A stretch of DNA of 38,630 bases from Archangiaceae bacterium (GTDB lineage: Bacteria; Myxococcota; Myxococcia; Myxococcales; Myxococcaceae), in NCBI GenBank assembly GCA_043750125.1, contig JAYVCD010000363.1, forward strand, positions 1-38,630. The letters run 5' to 3'. Positions within the stretch are counted from its first letter, which is position 1; the number at the start of each line of letters is the position of its first letter. The notes under the pieces are model-generated. The model was not told the origin of the DNA, made no database searches, and was given only the letters and a program-made list of their open reading frames with translations. Positions 16,232 to 24,988 of the stretch are shown here, piece by piece. A program made the position numbers and the translations under genes.

Positions 16232-17791
16232 TTGGAGCTGACGAAAACCGAAGCCTCTGCCCCGCATTCCGAGTCTGAGGCCGATGACCTCGTGGGCCGT
16301 GAAGTCGGCGGCTACATCGTCGAAGGGCGCCTGGGCGAGGGCGGCATGGGGCTCGTCTACCGGGCCCGTCACCCCATCCTCAATCGTCACTTCGCAGTCA
16401 AAGTCCTTCGTCCGGAAGCCGCCGCTGATCCGCGCATCTCGGTCAGCTTCGAGCGCGAGGCGCAAACCCTCTCGAGCCTGAAGCACCCCCACATCATCGA
16501 CATCGTCGGCTTCGGGACCCTCGCCGATGGACGCCAGTACATGGTGATGGAATTCGTCAAGGGCCAGACTCTTCAGCAGGAACTCGAGAGCAGCGGCCGC
16601 ATCGACCTCAATCGGGCCCTGAAGCTGGCGGACCAGATCCTCGACGGGCTCGAAGCCGCGCACTCGGTCGGGGTGATTCACCGCGACATGAAGCCCTCGA
16701 ACGTTTTGATCGCGCGCGTGTCCGGAGGCACCGAGGTGCTCAAGCTGCTCGACTTCGGCCTTGCCAAACAACAACCCGAGGCCCTGGTCGGTTCGATGGT
16801 CGGCACCGCCGCGGGCGCCTCGGTCATCGCGGGTACCCCCGAGTACATCGCCCCTGAACAAGCGCAGGGCAAACACGCCGGTAAGCACAGCGACATCTAT
16901 TCGTTCGGGGTCGTCTTTTTCGAGATGCTCACCGGTTTTCAGCCGTTCCTCGCCGAGCCCACCGAAGCCGACCGGATCCGTTCGTTGCTGACAATGCACC
17001 TGCATCACCCCGCGCCGCTGATCAGCACCCTGGTCCCCGAAGGCACCTTTCCTCCCGAGCTCGAAGAGCTCGTCGCCGACCTGCTGAAGAAAGACCCCAG
17101 CGAGCGTCCGTCGAGCGCCCAGACCGTCCGCGCCCGCCTTTCCCAGGTGCAGCGGGCTTTGCAGCACGAATCCACCGGCATTTCGTTCAACCCGTTGCTC
17201 GCCGTCTCGGCCCTGCCCCTGGGCCCGCGCTCCGACGCGGCCATTTTGCCGTTGTCGTCGAGGCTCGAACCGCTTCGACGATCGCGGGCGATTTTTCCAG
17301 TCGCCGCCGCGCTGCTGTTGTTCGTCGCGCTCGGGGGCGGGTGGCTCACGCGCTCTTCGGCCCCGGCCGTCATCATCGCCCCTCCGCCCCCGACCGCTTC
17401 CCCTGAGATCGCCCCAGCGCCCCCGCTCGAGCTCCCCCGAAAGCGCGAGCCGGAAGCGGTGGCCCTGACCCCGCCCCCGCCGCCGGGCCCGGTGGCAAAA
17501 AAAGTCCTACCCCGAACGCCGTCGAAGCTCACCGTCACCATCGCCAACCCCAGCCCCAAGCTGCAGATCAATTCCAGCGCGTGCGAGCCCAACGAGCGCT
17601 GGCGTGCCGCGGCCAAGGCCAACCTCCAGGAGATTCAGCAGACCGCCGCCGGAATGGACAAAGCGATGTGGGCCCAGTTCGAGAACCTCGAGCCCGCGAT
17701 CATCGCCGCGATCTCCAGCGCCTCGACCGGCCTAGAGTGCGACGCGGTCGAGACGAAGCTCGAACGGCTCGCTCGAAAGTTCAAACCGTGA
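16232..17791 (+). CDS. Membrane-anchored Hanks-type Ser/Thr protein kinase
   Basis: LGEGGMGLVY, AVKVL, HRDMKPSN, DFGLAK, GTPEYIAPEQ, DIYSFG; one TM helix, Pro-rich linker and a small C-terminal domain with two Cys. TTG start uncertain. Confidence 0.95.
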   Translation: MELTKTEASAPHSESEADDLVGREVGGYIVEGRLGEGGMGLVYRARHPILNRHFAVKVLRPEAAADPRISVSFEREAQTLSSLKHPHIIDIVGFGTLADGRQYMVMEFVKGQTLQQELESSGRIDLNRALKLADQILDGLEAAHSVGVIHRDMKPSNVLIARVSGGTEVLKLLDFGLAKQQPEALVGSMVGTAAGASVIAGTPEYIAPEQAQGKHAGKHSDIYSFGVVFFEMLTGFQPFLAEPTEADRIRSLLTMHLHHPAPLISTLVPEGTFPPELEELVADLLKKDPSERPSSAQTVRARLSQVQRALQHESTGISFNPLLAVSALPLGPRSDAAILPLSSRLEPLRRSRAIFPVAAALLLFVALGGGWLTRSSAPAVIIAPPPPTASPEIAPAPPLELPRKREPEAVALTPPPPPGPVAKKVLPRTPSKLTVTIANPSPKLQINSSACEPNERWRAAAKANLQEIQQTAAGMDKAMWAQFENLEPAIIAAISSASTGLECDAVETKLERLARKFKP

Positions 17792-17803
17792 AGGGGAAGT
17801 GAA

Positions 17804-18685
17804 ATGACCCAGCTGGCGCTCGTGCTGCTGTTCGTTGCCTCCACCGCTCTGGCGCAGGGCAAACCCACCCTGGTCGACTTTCCGCTCGACGTGAAGTCTG
17901 CCGTGAGCGAGCCCCAGTTGACCGAGCTGCAAGACGACTTTCGCCAGCTGCTGGCCAGAAACAATGGGCTGCTGGTCCCCACCCGTACCAACTGGAAGCT
18001 GGCCGTCGCCGCACACAAGCGCCAGGACTGCGAGGTCCGCAACGAGTGCCTTCAGCAGCTGGCCATCAGCGCCGCCACCCTCTACGCGATGTATTGCTCG
18101 GTCGAGAAAAATGCCTCCGGCGAAGTGACCGCCACCGGGCGGGTGGTCAATCAAGATGGAGTCCTCGTCCGCCCCCCCGAGCAGGTCAAACTTCCGAAAG
18201 GAGCGCGATTTACCGACACCGCCCGCGAAGCTCTGAAGCAGCTGCTGATCAAGCTCGCGCTCGAGAAGCTCTCCCCCGTTCTCGAAAAGCGGGTCGAAGA
18301 ACCCAAAGAGCCCAAAGAAGCCGTCCTCGTCCTGCCCATTGCCCCAGCGGCGCAACCCCCGACCTCTGGCCTGCGCCCCGTCGGGTTCGTCACCGGAGGC
18401 CTGGCCGTCGCCGCCGCCGCCGTGGCCGTGGGCCTGGGAGTCTCGGCCTCGACGGCCCGCGCCGCCCTCCCGTCGGACGGCCACTTCCTCGACGAGGGCC
18501 AGGCCCGATCGCAGGCCTCCGTGAACCAGGCCGCCACCCTCGCCTTCGTCAGCGGAACCCTCGCGGTCGCCCTCGCCTCGACTTCGGTGGTGATGTTCGT
18601 GCTCTCGGCTCCGAGCCGGCAGACGGTCCTCACCCTCGCCCCCGGCCCCGGTGGCGCAACCATGCTCTTCACCGGCAGGTTCTAA
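17804..18685 (+). CDS. Exported hypothetical protein with C-terminal hydrophobic hairpin (type often found next to myxobacterial kinases)
   Basis: Signal peptide ending ALA-Q; CEVRNEC Cys pair; two C-terminal hydrophobic helices; ends LAPGPGGATMLFTGRF. Confidence 0.8.
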   Translation: MTQLALVLLFVASTALAQGKPTLVDFPLDVKSAVSEPQLTELQDDFRQLLARNNGLLVPTRTNWKLAVAAHKRQDCEVRNECLQQLAISAATLYAMYCSVEKNASGEVTATGRVVNQDGVLVRPPEQVKLPKGARFTDTAREALKQLLIKLALEKLSPVLEKRVEEPKEPKEAVLVLPIAPAAQPPTSGLRPVGFVTGGLAVAAAAVAVGLGVSASTARAALPSDGHFLDEGQARSQASVNQAATLAFVSGTLAVALASTSVVMFVLSAPSRQTVLTLAPGPGGATMLFTGRF

Positions 18686-18691
18686 ACGAAC

Positions 18692-21499
18692 ATGAAGATT
18701 CTGAGTCTCCTCGCGGTGGCGTTCGTTCTCGCCGGCTGCCAATGCGGGCCCGGCGTCTCTTGCAAGTCAGACACCTCGTGCGAGCCGTGGGGCGTGTGCG
18801 GGGCCAGCGGTTTTTGTGTCAGCCGCGCGACCCAGGGCGATGGCGGAATCCCCCGGGCGGTCGTGCCGATTACCCAGGTCGATCTCGGGCGGGTTGGCTG
18901 CGGCGTTGCGCCGAAGACCCAGAAAATAACGGTCACCAACGCAGGCACCGGTACCCTTCGCTTCACCACCACTTTGATCAACGGTTCAATTTTCTCGATC
19001 GCCCCTGCGGCCGGCGAGCTGACCGCTGAACAAACCGTCGAGCTCACGGTGTCCGGACTCGTCCCCGGCTCGACCGTCGCCAACACCGAGCTGACCGGAG
19101 TGCTCACCCTCAATCTCAACGAGGACGGCCGGAGCAAGATCGACATCCCCCTGAAGCTCAAATCGTCGGGCGTGACTTTGACCCTGATGCCCACCGTGGT
19201 CGCCTTTGGGGCTTCGCCGATCGGCGATGCACCGCAAACCGAGTCGGTGGTTCTCACCAATCTGGGAAATCTCAGCGCGACGCTCAGCTTCACCCAACCC
19301 ACCGACGACCAGTTTGCACTCGCCTGGACTGGGTTGGACGGCGGCTCGAGCCTGACCCTCGCGCCGCTGGAAACCGTTCCAGGCCTCGAAGCCCGCTTCA
19401 CAGCCCGGCGCATTGCCCCCGCCACCACCTTCGCGCAAATCACGGTCGCCGAGCCGGTCTGCGGCAGCAGCGTCGGCGCGATTCCGATGAGTGGCCGCGG
19501 CCAGAATGGCGTCCTCGAGCTTTCCGAGACCGAGCTCTTCTTCGGCAACGCCGGCCGCGTCGACTGCAACAGCACCGCTTCCCCCAGGACCTTCACTCTG
19601 AGAAATGCGGGCAACGCCGTCTTTTCCTGGTCGGGGAGCCTGGCCCGGGGCGCCACGTCCCCCTTCGTCGTCTCACCCAACATGGGAACGGTGTTCGCCA
19701 GCGCCGATGCGGGGCTCACCCTCACCGTCACCCCTCAAGCCGTCCCGGCCGTCGCGTCCACCGCGGCCGAGGCGTTCGGCGACACCTTCGTCATCACCAC
19801 TTCCATCGCGGGTGACAGCCCCCACGCGATCACCCTTCACCAGACCGCCAACGGCGCCGTCTTGAGCTTCTCGTCTCCGACGGTCGATTTTGGTCTGGTT
19901 CCCATCGGAGACACCGCCAGTGCCCCCGTTGGCGTCATCAACGATGGCAATGCAGCCGTGGGCGTTTCGTTCTCTTCGAACAACTCCAGGTTTGCGCTCA
20001 ACCCCTTCGGCCCGCTGTCGGTCGACGCGGGCACCAGCAATTCCTACACCGCCACTTTCAAGCCCGACGCTTCAATGGGCAAAGAGACCGGCGACGTCCG
20101 GATGATGGTCGCCGACGGAGGCCTGTTGTGTTCCTTGCTTCCTGCGCCCCTGGCGATGAGCGGCGCCGGCAGCACCGGCTCGGTCAGCTACACCCCCATC
20201 GGTCTTGCCTTCGGTACCGTCAACTGCGGCAGCACTGCGCCTTCCCAGACGGTGACCTTCAAGAACGCGGGCAACCAGAATTACACCATCACCCCCGTGC
20301 TCGGAATTGCCGACGGCGGCGCGAGTTTTTCTCTGCTGATGAACCCGGCCAGCGGGGTGGTGGCCAGCGACGGTGGAACCGTGGTCATCACCGTTCAACC
20401 CCGGCTCATGCCGCAAGACTCTCCAGTGACCCTCAACCTGTTCGCAGACACTTTGACGGTGACGACCAGCGTCAGCGGTGATTCGCCGCACCTGATTGCA
20501 CTGTCGATGACCGCGCGCGGAGCCATCTTCGGAATCTCGACCTCGTCGATCAACTTCGGCGCGACCGCCGTCGGCGGAGCGCGCACCTCGCAGTTCACCA
20601 TCGACAACACCGGCAATGCCCCCGGAGACATCACCTTCGCCGTCGGCCAGCCCATGAGCTTCAGCATGCCGCGAGATGCCGGAGTTGCTGCCAACGCGTC
20701 GTTCACCGGCACCGGCACTTTTTCTCCCCAGATGGTGGGGCCCTATACAGACACGGCGACCATCACCGTGCCCGCCTCGACCGTTCTGTGCCGACCCCTT
20801 CCCTTCACCTCGGTGGGCCTGGGCGGCCAGGGCACCACCAGCAACGCGTTGACGCTCTCGAGCACGAGCCTCACCTTTGGCAGCGCGGGGTTGGTCCCCT
20901 GTGGCACCACCGCAGCGGCGAGGGCGATCAGCATCACCAACAACTCGGCCTACCTTCTCGCACTCACGTTGAGCCTCGGCATTGCCGATGGCGGCTCGCC
21001 GTACACCGTCGTGGGGCCCACCGCGCTCGGCGCTGCCGACGCAGGTGCGATCACCGTTTCCCCCGAACCCCGCCCCAACCCTTCGTCCACAGCCGCCGAC
21101 TTCTACGCCGACACCCTGTCGATTCGAGCCGTGGGAGGGCCGGTGGACGAAACCCAGGTCGTAGCGCTGCACCAGACCGCGCAGGGCGCAATCCTGGTCT
21201 TCAACCCCACCGCGCTGACCTTCGTCGGCGGTCTGGGCCAGACCCAGCAAAAAAACTTCACCGTCAGCAACGTGGGCAACCTCACCGCGCCTTACACCCT
21301 GAGCCTGGGCGGGGCGAACCCCGGCGCCTTCAGCGTCAACCCCACGTCCAGCAGCGTCAGTCCGGGCACTGGCGTTACCCAGACCGTCATCTTCACCGGC
21401 GAGCTGTTGTCGCCCAAGCGGCTGGCCAACATCGCCATCTCACCCAATGTTGCGTTGTGCGGGCCCCTGCCGGCGGCGGTTCAACTGACCGGCAACTGA
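18692..21499 (+). CDS. 935-aa lipoprotein with eight ASH/choice-of-anchor-D-like Ig domains
   Basis: Lipobox LAG-C; N-terminal Cys knot; eight (F/L)G...(V/L/F)xNxGN-type beta-sandwich repeats arranged as four A/B pairs, usually one Cys per domain. Confidence 0.85.
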   Translation: MKILSLLAVAFVLAGCQCGPGVSCKSDTSCEPWGVCGASGFCVSRATQGDGGIPRAVVPITQVDLGRVGCGVAPKTQKITVTNAGTGTLRFTTTLINGSIFSIAPAAGELTAEQTVELTVSGLVPGSTVANTELTGVLTLNLNEDGRSKIDIPLKLKSSGVTLTLMPTVVAFGASPIGDAPQTESVVLTNLGNLSATLSFTQPTDDQFALAWTGLDGGSSLTLAPLETVPGLEARFTARRIAPATTFAQITVAEPVCGSSVGAIPMSGRGQNGVLELSETELFFGNAGRVDCNSTASPRTFTLRNAGNAVFSWSGSLARGATSPFVVSPNMGTVFASADAGLTLTVTPQAVPAVASTAAEAFGDTFVITTSIAGDSPHAITLHQTANGAVLSFSSPTVDFGLVPIGDTASAPVGVINDGNAAVGVSFSSNNSRFALNPFGPLSVDAGTSNSYTATFKPDASMGKETGDVRMMVADGGLLCSLLPAPLAMSGAGSTGSVSYTPIGLAFGTVNCGSTAPSQTVTFKNAGNQNYTITPVLGIADGGASFSLLMNPASGVVASDGGTVVITVQPRLMPQDSPVTLNLFADTLTVTTSVSGDSPHLIALSMTARGAIFGISTSSINFGATAVGGARTSQFTIDNTGNAPGDITFAVGQPMSFSMPRDAGVAANASFTGTGTFSPQMVGPYTDTATITVPASTVLCRPLPFTSVGLGGQGTTSNALTLSSTSLTFGSAGLVPCGTTAAARAISITNNSAYLLALTLSLGIADGGSPYTVVGPTALGAADAGAITVSPEPRPNPSSTAADFYADTLSIRAVGGPVDETQVVALHQTAQGAILVFNPTALTFVGGLGQTQQKNFTVSNVGNLTAPYTLSLGGANPGAFSVNPTSSSVSPGTGVTQTVIFTGELLSPKRLANIAISPNVALCGPLPAAVQLTGN

Positions 21500-21506
21500 C
21501 ATCGGC

Positions 21507-22115
21507 TCACAAACAAAACCAGGTCGCCTTCCAGCAATCAGGCACCTCGGTCAAGACGCCCTGCATCGTCCACCCGCCGTCCGACGCGGCGAAGGTCAGA
21601 GAGGTGCGCCCATCGGCCGAAGGCATCGCTCCCGCCGTCAGGACGTCGGCGCGGGTCACCAGCGCGGATACGTCGATCGAGGCAACCTGCCCATTGAGCG
21701 TCAAGGTCGCCGCCCCCTTGTTGGGGCCCAGCGTCGGTGACCGGCCGTAGGGGAAATCGACCACCAGGGTCGCTGCGAGATCCGGCGCCGCGCTGACCGA
21801 GGCAAACACCGTCAGGTGCGGGCAGGAATGACTTCCAGGTCCTTCGGTGCCGACCCACACGTTCTTGAAGTCGATGTTCCCCAATGGGGTGGTGCCCCAG
21901 ACCCGCCCACTGTTCTCGGCAGGAACAGGACACCAGGGCGGGGGCGTTCCAGCGTCCTGGGGGTGGACCTCGACGAACCCCGCGTCGGTGACGAAACCCG
22001 CGTCGCCTGTCTCGTCGCGCAAAAGGGTCCGCCCGCACCCCAGCAGCGCACAGGCGGCGATCGCCCCCCACCGGAGCCCCTTGACTGCCTCAGCTCCACA
22101 GAAAAGCTGCGCCAT
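21507..22115 (-). CDS. Hypothetical lipoprotein
   Basis: Lipobox ALLG-C, DAG-rich linker, beta-rich domain with four Cys; begins 14 nt downstream of the GH25 gene. Confidence 0.75.
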   Translation of the reverse strand: MAQLFCGAEAVKGLRWGAIAACALLGCGRTLLRDETGDAGFVTDAGFVEVHPQDAGTPPPWCPVPAENSGRVWGTTPLGNIDFKNVWVGTEGPGSHSCPHLTVFASVSAAPDLAATLVVDFPYGRSPTLGPNKGAATLTLNGQVASIDVSALVTRADVLTAGAMPSADGRTSLTFAASDGGWTMQGVLTEVPDCWKATWFCL

Positions 22116-22129
22116 CGGGCGAACCTAGA

Positions 22130-23446
22130 TCAAATCCAACCCGCCCACTTGCGCAGCGCCAGCTCTGAGCCGGTGAAGACGTCCTTGTCGATCGGACTGC
22201 CGCTGACCTGCACGAAGGGGTTCTTGTAGTCGCTGCTGGTCGGGCTCCAGTGCGCGTCCCACATCGGCGAGTGCGGAGCCATCTTGTGCGCTACGGCGAT
22301 GTGGCTGGCCGAAGTGTAGATGAGGGGCCAGGTGCCCGTGACCTGATGAATCCGCGCCGCCGCCGCCTTCAACGTCTGCGGGGAATTCAGCGCGCTCGCT
22401 TCCCAATCGAGGGCCAACCGGGTGCCCGGCTTGAGCGGGCCGTGAATTCCCAGCGCCTTGAGGAAGTGGTCCGCCTGCGCCTTGCCGTTTCCCGGAGTGA
22501 GGAAGTGGTAGGCGAGGCGCATGTCGAACTTGCCCGGCGCGAGCTTGCGTCCCATCTGGGCCCAGCGGCTCTTGAACGTCGGGTCGGTGTAGCCGGTGCC
22601 CTCGGTCGCTTTAATCCCCATGAAGCGCGTGCTCTTCTGGTTGAGCACTTTGTTGAACGTCGCCTGGCTCTGGTAGTGCGAAGTGTCGTAGCCCTTCTGA
22701 AATTGCGCAGGCTTCACGTGCGGAAAACGACCCGCTCCTACGGTCGCCCGCGCCAGGGCGCTTCGGGTCTTCGCGTTCGCGACGCCCGTCGCCGGCAAGT
22801 GGTGCTTTCGCTGAAACGCGCGAACCGCCTTCTCTGTCGCTGCCGTGAACAGGGAGTCGACCTTTCCCGGCTTGCCACCCACCAGAGTCAGCTGACTCTC
22901 GAGCTTCTTGACCTGCGCTTGAAGCCCGCGCTGCAGCTTGACGCCGATCTTGTCGCCCTTGTCGGGGACGTGGGCGTCGGCCAGCCGGTACTTGTGGATC
23001 GCATTCATCGTCTTCGAGTCGAAGACTCCGTCCACTTTGCCGGTCGCGTAGCCCAGATGCGCAAGCTTCGATTCGATGGCGCGAATGTCTCGACCGCTTT
23101 GTCCCAGGCGCGCGGGGGTCTCGAAGCCGTTCTTCACGTACAGCTGCTGGGCCCGGATCGCAGCGAGTTCCTTGCCGTCGACCACGCCTGTGGCGGTCAG
23201 CTTCTTCGCCGTCTGCAGCTGCTTCACCGCCTCGAGGGTGGCTTGATCAAAGGTTCCACTGACCCTGCCCGAATAAGCGCCGATGCCGCGAAGCTCGCGC
23301 TGCAGGGCTTCGACCGCTGCGCCGGTATCGCCCAGGGCCAGAGTGTCTGCGCCTTTGATCGCCGCTGCCATTCGGCTCAGGTCAGCGCGGCTGGTTTTGA
23401 GATCGCTGGGGAGGACTCTGTGACGCAGCAGGACAGGCGGGGGCAT
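22130..23446 (-). CDS. Peptidoglycan hydrolase: three PG-binding domains plus a GH25 muramidase
   Basis: PG_binding_1-like repeats (GAAVEALQREL...FDQATLEAVKQLQ; KVDGVFDSKTMNAIHKY; KVDSLFTAATEKAVRAFQ) and GH25 motifs GYDTSHYQ, IKATEG, AYHFL, LALDWE, LIYTS. GAGGAG RBS before ATG 23446. No signal peptide. Confidence 0.9.
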   Translation of the reverse strand: MPPPVLLRHRVLPSDLKTSRADLSRMAAAIKGADTLALGDTGAAVEALQRELRGIGAYSGRVSGTFDQATLEAVKQLQTAKKLTATGVVDGKELAAIRAQQLYVKNGFETPARLGQSGRDIRAIESKLAHLGYATGKVDGVFDSKTMNAIHKYRLADAHVPDKGDKIGVKLQRGLQAQVKKLESQLTLVGGKPGKVDSLFTAATEKAVRAFQRKHHLPATGVANAKTRSALARATVGAGRFPHVKPAQFQKGYDTSHYQSQATFNKVLNQKSTRFMGIKATEGTGYTDPTFKSRWAQMGRKLAPGKFDMRLAYHFLTPGNGKAQADHFLKALGIHGPLKPGTRLALDWEASALNSPQTLKAAAARIHQVTGTWPLIYTSASHIAVAHKMAPHSPMWDAHWSPTSSDYKNPFVQVSGSPIDKDVFTGSELALRKWAGWI

Positions 23447-23673
23447 GAAAGGCTCCTCGAAGTGAAAAGAGGAGTTATCGGCCGACTCGAGACGCCCGTT
23501 CACTGACACCCTCGAGCGACGCCCCTAAGCCCGCACGACCACGCCACTTCGACCCGCGACGATTTTCAAGGTGTGAACCGCGGGTGGCAACTGCACCACG
23601 CGGCCCGACTTCCAAATCCACACTGTTCAGGAATTTTGCGCTGATTTCCGGATGCTTTTCTTCGACGTCTTTT

Positions 23674-24939
23674 TCAGCGCATCGGCGGCGGGAAGCCCGG
23701 CCCGGGAGTGCCAGGAACCGGTTGAGGTGAAGACGGCGGCGGCCGACGACTGTTGCTCGGAGTGGGCGGCACCTCGACCACATCGCGGGTCGGCAGGGGC
23801 CGAGTGGGGACGGGCGGAAGGTCGACGGTGTACGGCACCTCCCGCAGGGGAGGGCGCTCGGAGCCGCGCTGTGGCTCCGCGTGCGGCCGCAACTCTTCGG
23901 GCCTCGGCGCGGGTTGCCGCTGACCGTTGAAGTCGTTGCGCCCGCCATACGCGTTGCCTTCCGGCTGAGCCATCGGCCGCGGGGGTTGATTCGGCGGGTT
24001 GCGGGTCTGTCCCTCGAAGCCGTTGTGCCCTCCGTTCGGATTGCCCGCGGGCGGAGGCGGAGGCGGTTGCTGGGCCGTGGGCTGACCGAAGCCCCCTCGG
24101 CCGCCATAGGAGTTCCCCGGGGCAGGTTGGGTCTGAACTGGCGCCGGCTCGAAGAACCCCCCCCGGCTCGGGGGAGGCGGGGGTGGAACATACGCATTGC
24201 CGGACGGAGGTGCCGGCAGTGCGCGCTCGGCGGGCGGCACAGACACACTGCCCGAGGGTGGAGCAGAATTTCGGGGAGGTGAATCAAAGAATCCTCCTCC
24301 CCCGTTTCGCGCTGGGGGGACGCCGCCCCCTACGGCCGGGGGCCCATACGCCGAGCCCGAGGGAGGCGCGGAGCCGGCCGGAGGTCCGTACGCCGAGCCT
24401 GAAGGAGGCGCGCCCGACGGAGGCCCATACGCCGAGCCCGAAGGAGGAGCGGCCGCCGGAGGTCCATAAGCGTGGCCCGAAGGCGGCCGAGCGTTGCCGC
24501 CGTTTCCCCACGCATTGCCGGAAGGGGGTTGGGGCTCGGGGTTGCCTCTGGGCAGAGTCACCGCCGTCGCTTCATGCTGACGGGGATTTCCGTAGTCGCG
24601 TGAGCGATAGCCCGGAGGCGAGTGGTACCGGCCGTGCGGAGGACGGTAGTCGGACGGCGGCACGTAGCCGTACGGAGGCGCGTAGGAGAACAGCCCCGAA
24701 GGCGGCTCGGGATAGGTGCCCGGCAGCCCCGTCGCGTCCCAGTACCGGTAGCCGTCGTAGTAGACGTAAACCTCGCGCCACTCGTCCCAGTAATACGTGT
24801 TGCCGCACGGCGAGTTGGGGTCGCAGCTGAGCGTCGAAGTTTCATAAACGTCGGGACGGACGTAATCGTAGCTGCGGACTGCGCAGCCACTGATTGCAAA
24901 CACAGAAGCAACGGCGGTCATCAAAACAATCGGGCGCAT
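23674..24939 (-). CDS. Lipoprotein with a Tyr-rich N-terminal domain and a long Pro/Gly-rich low-complexity tail
   Basis: Lipobox AISG-C; YYWDEWREVYVYYDGYRYW; repeated PPSG(S/H/N)AYGPP. Confidence 0.8.
   Translation of the reverse strand: MRPIVLMTAVASVFAISGCAVRSYDYVRPDVYETSTLSCDPNSPCGNTYYWDEWREVYVYYDGYRYWDATGLPGTYPEPPSGLFSYAPPYGYVPPSDYRPPHGRYHSPPGYRSRDYGNPRQHEATAVTLPRGNPEPQPPSGNAWGNGGNARPPSGHAYGPPAAAPPSGSAYGPPSGAPPSGSAYGPPAGSAPPSGSAYGPPAVGGGVPPARNGGGGFFDSPPRNSAPPSGSVSVPPAERALPAPPSGNAYVPPPPPPSRGGFFEPAPVQTQPAPGNSYGGRGGFGQPTAQQPPPPPPAGNPNGGHNGFEGQTRNPPNQPPRPMAQPEGNAYGGRNDFNGQRQPAPRPEELRPHAEPQRGSERPPLREVPYTVDLPPVPTRPLPTRDVVEVPPTPSNSRRPPPSSPQPVPGTPGPGFPPPMR
24338..24487 (-). repeat. Coding tandem repeat, ~4 x 39-42 bp (PPSGxAYGPP units)
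   Basis: Recurring CC(A/G)TACGCCGAGCC(C/T)GA(A/G)GGAGG on the + strand. Confidence 0.75.
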
Positions 24940-24988
24940 GGGGTCGTCCTTTGCAACGGGCCTAAAAAGTTCAGACGCAAAAGCGGCT

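Noticed and set aside
22130-23446. GH25 gene as evidence of a prophage
   Set aside because: No holin, spanin, structural, integrase or other phage genes nearby.
23592-23607. Possible sigma54 -24/-12 promoter (GG-N10-GC) upstream of the GH25 gene
   Set aside because: Poor match to TGGCAC-N5-TTGC; this spacing arises often by chance in GC-rich DNA.
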